Assembly: GCA_040767085.1 (NCBI GenBank)
Contig: JAXGPF010000006.1
Span: forward strand, 224,001-288,000
Direction of reading: 5' to 3'
Source: Kiritimatiellia bacterium
Lineage (GTDB): Bacteria > Verrucomicrobiota > Kiritimatiellia > JAAZAB01
Length of the DNA: 64,000 bases
The position numbers were made by a program, and so were the translations under genes. The notes under the pieces are model-generated. The model was not told where the DNA came from and did not search any database. It was given only the letters and a program-made list of their open reading frames with translations. Below are positions 39,053 to 48,578 of the stretch, piece by piece (within the stretch, counting starts at the first letter, position 1; each line of letters starts with the position of its first letter).

Positions 39053-39250
39053 CCGCCAAAAAACGCAAGGTCTGCACTGGCGGAATCCGGAACGGCATAA
39101 TTATCCGCAAAAGAACGGCAGAATGCATAGACGGAATCCGGAACGGAATAATTATCCGCTAAAGAACGCAAAAGAGCGCATAGACAGAATACAGAACGGC
39201 AGAATTAACCGCCAAAGAATGGCAAGCGCATAGACGGAATCCGGAACGGC
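39048..39250. repeat. four tandem copies of a ~52-bp unit
   Basis: ATTAWCCGC.AAAGAACG...GCATAGACGGAATCCGGAACGG units starting at 39048, 39100, 39151 and 39204. Confidence 0.85.
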
Positions 39251-39343
39251 GCGCAATATGCGCGTCCTTCCGTCTTAATGCTCATATCATTCCGGCTGTA
39301 GCGGCCGAACTGTGTTCGGCTTCCGATTGGGTCGTGGTCATCC

Positions 39344-39799
39344 TCACCGCATTTTGAACATGACCCCGTTGGGAATGTATTCGAAGCACCCTAAATCAGC
39401 CTGGCCGCTGAACCGGTCGGGCTGGGTATGCCGGTCCAGGTCCACCGCGCCGGCTTCCTGCATCCACGGCCGGTTGGTTCCGGCATTGATGACCGTCGAA
39501 CCGCCGGCCAAGCGGTAATTCCCGGCCACGTGATTAGTGCCATACCCGCTGCCGGGATCAATCACCAGCGGATCAGCGGTAGTATTGCCGGCACCCGGCA
39601 AGGCCAACGGCGCGCAGCAATATTCCAGGAAATTCGATCCCGCCACGGTGTCGCAAAACACCTCGGCGGTCGCGGTTGGATGATTGGACCAGACAATGGT
39701 ATTGCGCACCGGGTTGGTGCCCAGCATGTATATGCCGGCGCCCACCGAAGTGCTGTAATTGCCGAAAACCGTGCAATTTTCAACGTAACCGGTCCAAAC
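39344..39799 (-). pseudogene. 3' fragment of secreted beta-helix / choice-of-anchor-Q-like protein truncated by an IS
   Basis: VENCTV.GN...NTIVW.N...NYRL..GS..INAGTN.PWM.EAGAVDLD...DLGCFEY; paralog of 44424-45857; frame runs into the IS end at 39800. Confidence 0.8.
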
Positions 39800-41185
39800 T
39801 GTCGTAAACAAATGACTTGGCCGCATAATTAACAAATGATTTGTCCGCTTAAAGCTGTCAGGATGGTGCATTCAAAGGGGGGTTATATGGATGAATATCC
39901 GAAGGCAGCACTGGAGCGGGCAATGAAGGTACAGGAAGTGATCTTGCGTGCGATTGAAGGGCGGTTAATGTGGTGGGAGGCGGCGGAGATACTAGGTGTG
40001 AGCTACCGGACCATGCGGCGCTGGAAAGGGCGCTACGAGCGGTATGGTTACGACGGGCTGCTGGATCGTCGGCGGAAGATACCGGGGCCGCGGCGCGTGC
40101 CCCTTGCGACGGTGAAGCAGGTGCTGAGGTTGTACCGAGAAGAATACATGGATTTCAATGTGAGGCATTTTCACGAGAAGCTGCAGGCGGAGCATGGGAT
40201 CGAGCTCAGTTATCAGTGGGTCAAGAGCGCCTTGCAGACGGCCGGGTTGGTGGCGAAGGCCCGGAAACGAGGGCCGCATCGGCAGCAGCGGGAACGGCGA
40301 CCAATGGCGGGGATGATGTTGATGGTGGATGGCAGCACCCATGCCTGGTTGCCCCTGCTGGCGGGCCAGAAGCAGGATCTGATCCTGGTGATGGACGATG
40401 CCACCAGCGAAGTCTACACGGCCTATCTTGTGCCCCAGGAAGGGACATTAACGGTGATGAAGGGGTTGAAAGAAGTCATTATTAAACATGGGGTTTTCTG
40501 CAGTCTGTACACGGATCGTGGCAGTCATTTCTTTTATACGCCCAAAGAAGGCGGGGCGGTGGACCGGCGTCAATTGACGCAAATTGGACGGGCGTTGCAA
40601 CAGTTGGGGATCGAACATATTCCGAGCTATAGCCCCCAGGGACGTGGGCGAATAGAGCGGATGTTTAAGACCTGGCAAGGGCGCCTGCCGCAGGAATTAA
40701 GGCAGGCGGGAATCCGGACGATGGCCGAGGCCAACGTCTATATTCAACAACAGTTTCTGCCTTCCTTCAATCGCAACATGAAGGTGAAGGCGCGGGAAAC
40801 AGGAACGTGTTTCGTGCCTTGCGGTGAGCAGGATTTGGACAGCATTTTCTGTGTGCAGCATGCGCGAGAGGTTCAAAATGACAATACCGTGGCTGTCGGG
40901 AGTCGCCGCTTGCAGATTGGACCATCAAAATGGCGTTTCAGCTTCGCCAAGTGCCGGGTTAAAGTCTGCGAGCACCTCGATGGCACGGTGTCCATCCGTT
41001 ATGGCCCGCATGTGGTTGGCCGCTACCAAGGACCGTTGAACATTTCGGCGTCGCTGGAGGACGTCGCATAAACTTTTTCCTCCCCCGCGGGGGAGGAAAA
41101 TCCTCACCCCAGGAGCAACAACACACAATAACAAATCGGACAGATCACTTGTTACAAAAAGCGGACACTTGACTTGTTACGAACA
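39800..41185 (+). mobile_element. insertion sequence, IS1202/ISNCY-like (copy A)
   Basis: TGT...ACA ends with repeated sub-terminal AACAARTSA...TGTCCGC-type motifs at both ends; single DDE transposase. Confidence 0.85.
39887..41071 (+). CDS. DDE transposase (IS1202/ISNCY, IS481-related fold)
   Basis: HTH EAAEILGVS.RTMRRW, DGSTHAW, MDDATS, YTDRGSHF, SPQGRGRIERMF.TWQGRL. Confidence 0.93.
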   Translation: MDEYPKAALERAMKVQEVILRAIEGRLMWWEAAEILGVSYRTMRRWKGRYERYGYDGLLDRRRKIPGPRRVPLATVKQVLRLYREEYMDFNVRHFHEKLQAEHGIELSYQWVKSALQTAGLVAKARKRGPHRQQRERRPMAGMMLMVDGSTHAWLPLLAGQKQDLILVMDDATSEVYTAYLVPQEGTLTVMKGLKEVIIKHGVFCSLYTDRGSHFFYTPKEGGAVDRRQLTQIGRALQQLGIEHIPSYSPQGRGRIERMFKTWQGRLPQELRQAGIRTMAEANVYIQQQFLPSFNRNMKVKARETGTCFVPCGEQDLDSIFCVQHAREVQNDNTVAVGSRRLQIGPSKWRFSFAKCRVKVCEHLDGTVSIRYGPHVVGRYQGPLNISASLEDVA

Positions 41186-41201
41186 GCATTTTTTGGCATG
41201 G

Positions 41202-42654
41202 TGTCGTGGAGTTTTCAAAAGCGGAATTATTGGAGCGAGCAAAAGCGGAAAAGAAACGCATACAATCAGTCTGGTTAGTGAGGCCGGTTGGTGAACAGAA
41301 CGACGGGGCGTTTGAGCTTGTCTGGCCGCTCCTTGATGATCGAGACGGTTCCGTCCAGATGTTCACATACAATGGCCCTGGTGCCAAGGCTACCCCGAGT
41401 AGGGAAAGAGCCTTGTCGGAATTGGACGCGACCGCCCACGGCGATCGTGACGGGATGCCATAGAGACCAGACGTAGTTCCACCAAGGGTCCTTGGGGACG
41501 GGGCGCAGCTTGTTTCGACCCTGTGCGATGGCATTGTCCCAAGCCGTCTGTGGCGTCATGCCCAGTTCACGATGGCGCTCACGCCGGTTCCGATGATCAC
41601 GCAGCGCGTAAATGTGCCGGTTTACCTCTTCTAATTCGGAAGATGTGGACAGACCGTTATGGGCAAAGTATGGCGGCAACCGATCTTGCCAGACTTGGTG
41701 GATCCGTTCGACCTTGCCCTTTGCTTCAGGGGTATTGGCAACGATGAACGACACGTCGTAGAACATCAGGCGTTGCTCGATGCAGGTCACGTTGTCTTCC
41801 TTGTGCGCCGTGAATATCCCTGCTTGATCTACATAGATTTGCAGAGGCAACCCATGCTCCATGAATGCGTTGTGCAAGAAATGCAGGTAGGCGGGTATAT
41901 TCTCGCGGCGGTAGATGGCACATCCCACTTGCATACGACTGCAGTCGTCGAGCATGTCCAGCAGTGGATAAGCCGGCTCCTCACGGCCAAACCAATGATC
42001 CGGGGTGGCATCCATCTGCCAAAGTTCACCAACGGCTTGGCGTTGCCAGCGCCTCAGGTGAACAGGAAGACGAGGTGGTTTTGGGGTCGGGCAAATTCCT
42101 TCGCGTATCGCCCAATGACGGACTTGGGAGCGAGCCAGTGTAATGCCGTATTGACGATCCACCTCGCTGGCCGCAAATGCATAGTTGTAACCATTGCGGA
42201 TGGCGGCCTTCAGGAAACTCACAACGTTTTCATCCCATGGCGCCGCATGATTGCCACCGGATATGCCTGGCCGCCAAACAGCATCTTTGCCCGCTGCGCG
42301 TGCCTTTAGATAGCTACTACGCAACTCGTAGAGCCTGGTCTTGCCCATCCCCAAGGATTCACAAGCCTGCTCGATGGTCATCGTTCCTTCACACACCTGC
42401 TTGAGCACGTCATGAACATGTGCCAAGCCCAACCGGGATCCTATTTGTTTTTTCATGCGGTCATTATAGACCGCATTCCGCTTTTGCTCGCTCCACGGGC
42501 GCGCGCCCCCTAGGGGGCGTCACATCCTTGCCCCTCTCCTTCGCAACCATATCCGTACCAGCACCTTCCACTCCTCTTATTCCCGATCCCAGCCTTTCCA
42601 CTCCCTTTCCGCTTTTGCTCGCTCCAGCATTCCGCTTTTGCTTTTCCCCCGACA
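41202..42654 (-). mobile_element. insertion sequence, IS1202-like (copy B) with 16-bp target duplication
   Basis: TGTCG...CGACA ends, repeated CAAAAGCGGAA motifs; GCATTTTTTGGCATGG at 41186-41201 and 42655-42670. Confidence 0.88.
41275..42456 (-). CDS. DDE transposase (IS1202/ISNCY-like)
   Basis: GELWQMDATPDHWF, LDDCSR, HGLP.QIYVD, PEAKGKVER..QVWQDRL. Confidence 0.9.
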   Translation of the reverse strand: MKKQIGSRLGLAHVHDVLKQVCEGTMTIEQACESLGMGKTRLYELRSSYLKARAAGKDAVWRPGISGGNHAAPWDENVVSFLKAAIRNGYNYAFAASEVDRQYGITLARSQVRHWAIREGICPTPKPPRLPVHLRRWQRQAVGELWQMDATPDHWFGREEPAYPLLDMLDDCSRMQVGCAIYRRENIPAYLHFLHNAFMEHGLPLQIYVDQAGIFTAHKEDNVTCIEQRLMFYDVSFIVANTPEAKGKVERIHQVWQDRLPPYFAHNGLSTSSELEEVNRHIYALRDHRNRRERHRELGMTPQTAWDNAIAQGRNKLRPVPKDPWWNYVWSLWHPVTIAVGGRVQFRQGSFPTRGSLGTRAIVCEHLDGTVSIIKERPDKLKRPVVLFTNRPH

Positions 42655-42743
42655 GCATTTTTTGGCATGGCCAACATTTCGTTTGACATTCCGGCGGATT
42701 TGAGCTAAGGAAATTGTCCTACGCATCACCGGAATCTTGAATT

Positions 42744-43457
42744 TTGAAAAGCAAACCAAAGCGCCTGCTGATCGTCACCGACAATCGTTACGTCTCCGCC
42801 GTGCTTTGCCACGGCCTGGGATTGCCGCCCTGGCGGGACTTGCCCGCGGCGCAGGCTGATCCCGGCTTGCGCCAGGCCATGACCGCCTCCGTCAACCGCG
42901 CCATCCAACAAGCGCGCCGCGCCGGCTTCAACGCCTTTGATGTGCATGAGGCTTTCCCGGTGGACTTCATGCGCATGGACCCCGCCGCCGAGATTATCCG
43001 CAACGCGGATTATTTTCTACTCGAACGCCATTATCACTCCGTCCGGTTCCTGCGATGCGGTTTCAAACGGCTGCAACGCGGGACGCACCTGGCCATGATC
43101 AAGTCCCTGCGCCTGGGCCGGGCGGCGCTCACGGAGACCGCCCTGCTGGCGCTTTACTTCCGAAGCCACGGGATCAGACCGCTGAACATGGCCAGGACGG
43201 CATCGCCGGCGCGGTTGCCCGCGGAATTCACCATCAGTTTTGATCCCCGCGTCACATTGAAAAACGCGGCGGTCTACCCGGGCGTCATCCGGTCCGCCCC
43301 GCATGTCTTTACCGCGCGGATCGCGCGGACCGATCAGCTCCTGGAATTCTATCGTTACGCCGGCTTGCAGATCATTAATGCCAATATTCAGCCTGCCGTG
43401 GAAGGCATGCAAGGGGCAAAGGGGCAAAGGATCACAGGCGCAAAGTCTGGAGCTTAA
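42744..43457 (+). CDS. hypothetical protein, possibly degenerate M55 peptidase homolog
   Basis: LLIVTD...MTASVNRAI...DVHE...LTETALLA echoes the downstream M55 layout but lacks the DxE motif; TTG start. Confidence 0.5.
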   Translation: MKSKPKRLLIVTDNRYVSAVLCHGLGLPPWRDLPAAQADPGLRQAMTASVNRAIQQARRAGFNAFDVHEAFPVDFMRMDPAAEIIRNADYFLLERHYHSVRFLRCGFKRLQRGTHLAMIKSLRLGRAALTETALLALYFRSHGIRPLNMARTASPARLPAEFTISFDPRVTLKNAAVYPGVIRSAPHVFTARIARTDQLLEFYRYAGLQIINANIQPAVEGMQGAKGQRITGAKSGA

Positions 43458-43500
43458 AATTCCGGCTTAGCCGCTTTGATCCTTTGAGCCTTTGCTCCTC
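43409..43500. repeat. inverted octamer tandem arrays
   Basis: CAAAGGGG CAAAGGAT CACAGGCG CAAAG, then 28 nt, then CTTTGATC CTTTGAGC CTTTGCTC. Confidence 0.75.
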
Positions 43501-43543
43501 ATCATAAAACCGGATTGCAGGCATGCGCCTGCGTCGAACAAAT

Positions 43544-44359
43544 ATGCGCATCTACATCGTTACCGACATTGAAGGCGTCAGCGGCGCGGTCTGGGGCGGC
43601 TTCGGCCTGCCGCCATCCGGCGAAGTTCCGTTTAACACCGAAGTCATGACCGCGGAAATTAACACGGTAGTCCGGACGTTGATGGATGCAGGCATCCGCG
43701 ACATCACCCTGAACGAAGCGCACAAATTCCAGCCCGGTGTGCTGCCGGACGGCGTCAAGATCATTCACGGCGCAATGATGACGGAGAAATACGACGCCTT
43801 GTTCTTCGTCGGCCAACACGGGCCCGCCGGCGACCCGCAAGCCGTCATCGCCCATTCCTTCAACAGCGCCTGCAACTACAAAATGACGCTGAACGGGCTC
43901 TGGACCGGAGAATTGACCTACATGGCCGCAGTCGCCGGCGCGCTGGGCACGCCCACGGTTTTCGCCTCGGGCGACCACCAGGTGCTGCTGGAAACCCGTC
44001 GCAACCTGCCCGCGCCCATAGAATTCGTGCGCGACGAATACGGTTTGTCAAACCACTCCGCCATCTGCCGGCCCTTCCGCGCCATCGAGCGTGAATTGAA
44101 GGAAAAGACCCGGCGCGCGCTTGATCGCATCGGCAAAACACCGCCATTCGACCTGGGCCGGATCGAGATGCGGATCACCCACCGTTACCACGGCATGAGC
44201 GAAAAAGCCCGGCGTTTCCCTTTCGTTCGGTGGGAAAACAACGAGCTGGTCATCCAAGCCGCCGACATGCTGGAAGCCGACCGGCTGCGCCGGCAGATCA
44301 TCCTGGCGCGCGATTTCTGGTCGCTGGCCTACGCCAACCGGTATCGATCGGCCATCTGA
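43544..44359 (+). CDS. M55 family metallopeptidase (DppA-like D-aminopeptidase)
   Basis: MRIYIVTDIEGVSG, EAH, FVGQH, IAHS, GE, P.VFASGD. Confidence 0.85.
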   Translation: MRIYIVTDIEGVSGAVWGGFGLPPSGEVPFNTEVMTAEINTVVRTLMDAGIRDITLNEAHKFQPGVLPDGVKIIHGAMMTEKYDALFFVGQHGPAGDPQAVIAHSFNSACNYKMTLNGLWTGELTYMAAVAGALGTPTVFASGDHQVLLETRRNLPAPIEFVRDEYGLSNHSAICRPFRAIERELKEKTRRALDRIGKTPPFDLGRIEMRITHRYHGMSEKARRFPFVRWENNELVIQAADMLEADRLRRQIILARDFWSLAYANRYRSAI

Positions 44360-44423
44360 CATCCGGATGGTTGGGAAAGCCCACCATCCACCCGGAATAC
44401 CGTCGGCGCATTTGTCAGGTCTG

Positions 44424-45857
44424 TCATCGCAACATGTAAAGCGAGCCTGACGGAAAATATTCAAAACACCCCATGTCCACCAGCCGCAGGAACCGGTCCA
44501 GCCGGCGGCGGCCGTCCAGGTCCACCGCGCCAGCCTCCAGCATCCAGGGCTGGTTGGTCCCGGTATTGACGCAGGGCGATCCTGCCGGCAGGCGGAAGTC
44601 GGCGGCGGTCGGGGCGATAAACAGCGGATCCGTATCCTTCGCATCCGTCACGCTGACGTTCGCCACCGTCGGCACGGGCGCGATACAGGTATTGGATATG
44701 TAACCCGCCTGCACCGTCTGAAAATAAAAATTGCTGTTGGCGTTGACTCCATTGTCATTGTCGTAAACGATGCAATTCACCAGGCTGAACACCTGGCCGG
44801 CGGCGTTATGAATGACAAACACGCCGGCGCCATCCACCTGGTCGGCGGTGGCGCGATTGGACACAATGGTGCAATTCTCCACCACCGCCGTCCCCCGGTA
44901 AATGTACACGCCGCTCCCGCGGCGCCCAGCGACATTGCCCGCCACCAGGCAATTGCGCATGATATTGGTCGCGGCCGCAAACAGCACCACCCCCCCGCCG
45001 CTGTTGGTCCCGCCGGTGTTGCCGACTATCCGGCAACCTTCCAGCACACCTCCGGCGGAATAGATGCCGCCGGCGCAGGGAAATGAACCGCCGCCAACCG
45101 TATTGGATGCCACCAGCGTGTTTCTAACGACAGCGGCGCCTGACAGACACACCCCCCCGCCGGCCGAGGCGCCGCCGCTGGCCTGGTTATCGCGGACGAT
45201 GCAATCAGCCATCATCCCCGACGCGAGGTAAACCCCGGCGCCGCTGGTGGCGGTGTTACCGACAATTTCACAGTTGGTGACCATCACAGCATCAACCGTC
45301 GTAGTGGAATAACCATAAACGCCGCCCCCCGTTTCATCCGGCCGCGCCGAATTACCGACCACCAGGCAGTCCGCCAATGTCCCGGCGGCTTCGATAAAAA
45401 CACCTCCGCCGCGCCGATCATCAGAGCTCATGCGCCGGTTGTAGTCCGATGCCACGGCATAGCCACCCGTGATGGTGAACCCTCGCACCATGGCATCAAT
45501 ATGGTCAATATACACGCAGCGGTTGGTCACCGGCTTGCCGGAAAAATTATTCCCATGCAACACCGTCCCGGCGCGGTCAAGCGCCCCATCGTTCCAACTG
45601 CGCAAGGTTACCGGCTTCCGGATAAAGATTTCATTCGTCAACAAGTACAAACCGGTGGACACCAAAATCGTATTGTAATCCTCCGCGGCATTGACCGCGT
45701 CCTGGATGTTGGTGGCCGCCTCCGCCCACCCGTTGGTGAAGGGATGCGTCGGATCAATCCCGGGCGTCTCCGGCGGCACGACATAATGCGTGGCCGTCCA
45801 GCCGTTCCATGCCGCTAAAACCGCCACCACGATCGTCAGACCCTGACTTGCGCGCAT
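44424..45857 (-). CDS. secreted parallel beta-helix protein with choice-of-anchor-Q-like C-terminus
   Basis: Signal peptide, ATHYV...W.EAATNIQDAV, repeated C...GN.A..GGGV, DFRL..GSPCVN.G...DMGCFEY. Confidence 0.85.
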   Translation of the reverse strand: MRASQGLTIVVAVLAAWNGWTATHYVVPPETPGIDPTHPFTNGWAEAATNIQDAVNAAEDYNTILVSTGLYLLTNEIFIRKPVTLRSWNDGALDRAGTVLHGNNFSGKPVTNRCVYIDHIDAMVRGFTITGGYAVASDYNRRMSSDDRRGGGVFIEAAGTLADCLVVGNSARPDETGGGVYGYSTTTVDAVMVTNCEIVGNTATSGAGVYLASGMMADCIVRDNQASGGASAGGGVCLSGAAVVRNTLVASNTVGGGSFPCAGGIYSAGGVLEGCRIVGNTGGTNSGGGVVLFAAATNIMRNCLVAGNVAGRRGSGVYIYRGTAVVENCTIVSNRATADQVDGAGVFVIHNAAGQVFSLVNCIVYDNDNGVNANSNFYFQTVQAGYISNTCIAPVPTVANVSVTDAKDTDPLFIAPTAADFRLPAGSPCVNTGTNQPWMLEAGAVDLDGRRRLDRFLRLVDMGCFEYFPSGSLYMLR

Positions 45858-45974
45858 AACAATACCTCCTGTTTGATGTTGCATCATCACCTTCACCTGT
45901 CTGCGGCCACCGTCAAATACCCGCCGCGCCCGACGCCTGATCCAGACTGTCTCCAACTGGTTATATTGCCAGCC

Positions 45975-46913
45975 TCAGCACCGCCCCCGCGCCAGCAGGC
46001 GCGCGCGTTTCCGGCGCGAACGCTGGAAATAATCGTCCAGCGTTTCCAGTTCAAATTCGCGGATCATGTGGTCCACGCTAACCTTCGGATGCAGGGAAGT
46101 CAACAAATACACGCCTTCTTCGCCGGCGGTGTCAACCTGCACCTGCTTTTTATATTTCGCCTTCAAGGCGGGGATTTTCAGGCGGTTGAAATCTATATGA
46201 ATCACGCGGCAATCCAGGTTGATTTCCGCGAAGATGGATATCCCCTCCGCCCGGCCGTCTTTCACGATCCGCCCGAGGGGATTGACAATCCGGCCTTTGG
46301 GCCCGCAAATGGCGCTGGCGATGAACATCTGGTTTTCATACGCCATGACCGGAATCTGGAACCCGGCGGGAAACGCCGAAAGGAAACAAAACAGCTCCGT
46401 CTTTTTTGCCCGGTATTCCGCGAACAACTCGCGGAAGTTGAAATCGAAACAGATACCCGCGCCGATCCGGCCGAAATCCGCGTCAAACGCCACGGCGCCC
46501 CGGCCCGGCAGAATCCCGCGTTCCATTTCGCCAATGGTCGGAAACGTCTTGTCATACACGCTGGCAATCCGCCCCTGCCGGTCGAATAAAACGGCGCTGT
46601 TGTAATAGCGCCCCGCGATGGCCGCGCGGCGGGGGTAACTGGCATAGATATAAAACTTATGGCGCCGGGCCTGCGCCGCGAGGAATTGGGTCACCGGCCC
46701 CGGCTGCGCGCCGTCAATAGTTTCCGATGCCCCTTCAAGCTTGTATTGCGTGCCGGTCAGCGCGAAATGTTCCGGCAGCAGAACAATGTCCGGCCGGTCA
46801 TAAGCCGCGCGCTCAAGCAACATCCCCCAGATTTTCAGGATCGCCTCCGGCCCGGCTTTAATTTCCTTGGCACTATTGCTGTACGAGATGGTGGCTACAC
46901 CTACTGTACGCAT
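45975..46913 (-). CDS. carbon-nitrogen hydrolase (nitrilase superfamily)
   Basis: Glu-Lys-Cys triad: LLPEH, YDK, ICFDFNF. Confidence 0.9.
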   Translation of the reverse strand: MRTVGVATISYSNSAKEIKAGPEAILKIWGMLLERAAYDRPDIVLLPEHFALTGTQYKLEGASETIDGAQPGPVTQFLAAQARRHKFYIYASYPRRAAIAGRYYNSAVLFDRQGRIASVYDKTFPTIGEMERGILPGRGAVAFDADFGRIGAGICFDFNFRELFAEYRAKKTELFCFLSAFPAGFQIPVMAYENQMFIASAICGPKGRIVNPLGRIVKDGRAEGISIFAEINLDCRVIHIDFNRLKIPALKAKYKKQVQVDTAGEEGVYLLTSLHPKVSVDHMIREFELETLDDYFQRSRRKRARLLARGRC

Positions 46914-46937
46914 TGATTGCTCCTTCCATTTTCCGCA

Positions 46938-48578
46938 TCATGGTTTTAAGTTCTCGCCATCCGCTCCCAGCCATTGCAGGCATTCTTCAAAATGGCGCAA
47001 TTCCGCCGCCCGGCGCCCGCCATGGCAGGGACAGCCGTCGGCAAACAGGCCGTACAACACAACCCGCCCGGCACCGATCCGGCCGGCAACCACTGCCGCG
47101 CGCCCGTCCGCGTCCCTGGCCGCGGTTCGGCCGGCCCGGCCCGGGCGGAATTGCAGGTGATCGGCAAACGCATGCCGGAACCGCCGGCCGGCGGCGCGGT
47201 CCAGGCGGCCATCCAAACTCCCGGCCGCAATGACAGGCTGGCGCGATTTGCCGATGGCGCGGGCCAGCTCTGGAAACAGGGCCCGGTACCGCCCCCACCC
47301 GGCGGCGTCATATACCAGCATCAACCGTCCACCCGACTCCGCCCATTTGCGCAGCCGGCCAGCCGCCAGATTAAACCGCCAGGCCGATCCGGCGCGGGAA
47401 ATCACCACGATCTCGCACTGCCGCCAGTCCGCCCGTTCCAGCCGCGGCAGGATGAAGGCATTCCAGCGGCCCGGGCGCGCATTCAAATATTGCCGCAGCC
47501 CGTCCGCATCCGGATTAGCGTAATAAATCCCCACCCGCAGACCGGCTTTGGGCGGAATCGCCAGGGGGGCGTCCGGGTTCTCCGCCGGCACGCGCGCCGG
47601 CCGGCCATGCCAGCGCGCGATTTCCACCGCCGCCTGATCAATGGCTTCCAGGTGCAACTGCCGGAACTCCGGGAGCATGGGCTTCCAGGTTGTCTGCAAA
47701 AATCCCAGGACATGCCGCCTTGACAGGTGGCGTCGGGCAAAGGCTGCCGTCGCGCGCAGATTATCGGGATCGGACCAATTGCTCGCAGTCAGAATCTGGT
47801 CGTAACCGGCGCGATCCAGGTCGCGGTAAGTCCGGACCGGCCAGGCCGTCACCGGCCGCGGTCCCAGTTCCGGCATGGAGCGGATCATTTTGCGCGCCAT
47901 ACGCACCGGCCCATACCACCAATTGCCCTGAATCACGTGTCGGGAGACGTTCCGCGGATATGCATCGCCGTGAAACCAGTGCGCATCGGCCCACATCCAC
48001 GGCCGCGCGCCGTGCCGGGCAACCTGGTTGCATAAATATTTAAGATCATGCCACCATAAATCACCCGCCCGGATGACAATATACTGGTTATGGACCTGGT
48101 TAACCGCGGTTTCCTCGTCCATCCCGATATGGAAGAAACGCGGCCGGTCAAACAGCTCGCAGACTTCCGCGATCAAGTCGGCGCAAACCCGGTAATACTC
48201 CGGGGTGGACAGGCATCGGGCGTAAGGCCCCAACCAGTTATCATGGCCGGCGGAAAAATTCAGCTTCGGAATGGGCTCCAGCCCCAGGGCGCGCAACCGC
48301 GCCAGTTCGCGCCGGAGCCGGGCCGCGGTCCAGGCGCCCTTGACGGCGATTTCCGGGTGGCTGGCATAGCGCACGCCGTCGCCAAGGTCCAGCACTACCA
48401 TGTTCATGCCGGCCGCGGCCATTTTACCGGCGATCTCGCGCCACAATCCGTCATCAAACCGCAGATAAGGCCTGGTCAGGGCGTAATGGTCAGGCCCCAG
48501 GCGGTCGCGCCGGTCAAACCACATGTTAAAGCTCAGGTGGACCAGATTGCCCCAAATAATTGGACGTGTTTTTTGCAT
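46938..48578 (-). CDS. glycoside hydrolase-like TIM barrel (GH20-like) with C-terminal class-I GATase-like domain
   Basis: DGVRYASHPE, GLEPIPKLNFSAGHD, FFHIGMDEE, PWMWAD; C-terminal LRKWAESGGRL...IGAGRVV. Confidence 0.7.
   Translation of the reverse strand: MQKTRPIIWGNLVHLSFNMWFDRRDRLGPDHYALTRPYLRFDDGLWREIAGKMAAAGMNMVVLDLGDGVRYASHPEIAVKGAWTAARLRRELARLRALGLEPIPKLNFSAGHDNWLGPYARCLSTPEYYRVCADLIAEVCELFDRPRFFHIGMDEETAVNQVHNQYIVIRAGDLWWHDLKYLCNQVARHGARPWMWADAHWFHGDAYPRNVSRHVIQGNWWYGPVRMARKMIRSMPELGPRPVTAWPVRTYRDLDRAGYDQILTASNWSDPDNLRATAAFARRHLSRRHVLGFLQTTWKPMLPEFRQLHLEAIDQAAVEIARWHGRPARVPAENPDAPLAIPPKAGLRVGIYYANPDADGLRQYLNARPGRWNAFILPRLERADWRQCEIVVISRAGSAWRFNLAAGRLRKWAESGGRLMLVYDAAGWGRYRALFPELARAIGKSRQPVIAAGSLDGRLDRAAGRRFRHAFADHLQFRPGRAGRTAARDADGRAAVVAGRIGAGRVVLYGLFADGCPCHGGRRAAELRHFEECLQWLGADGENLKP

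Noticed and set aside
39048-39250. Possible CRISPR array
   Set aside because: Whole units are similar along their length, with no unique spacers and no cas genes in the window
42655-42720. XerCD dif-like site as the IS1202 target
   Set aside because: Only a weak XerD-like arm (GAATGTCAAAC) and no XerC arm at the correct spacing
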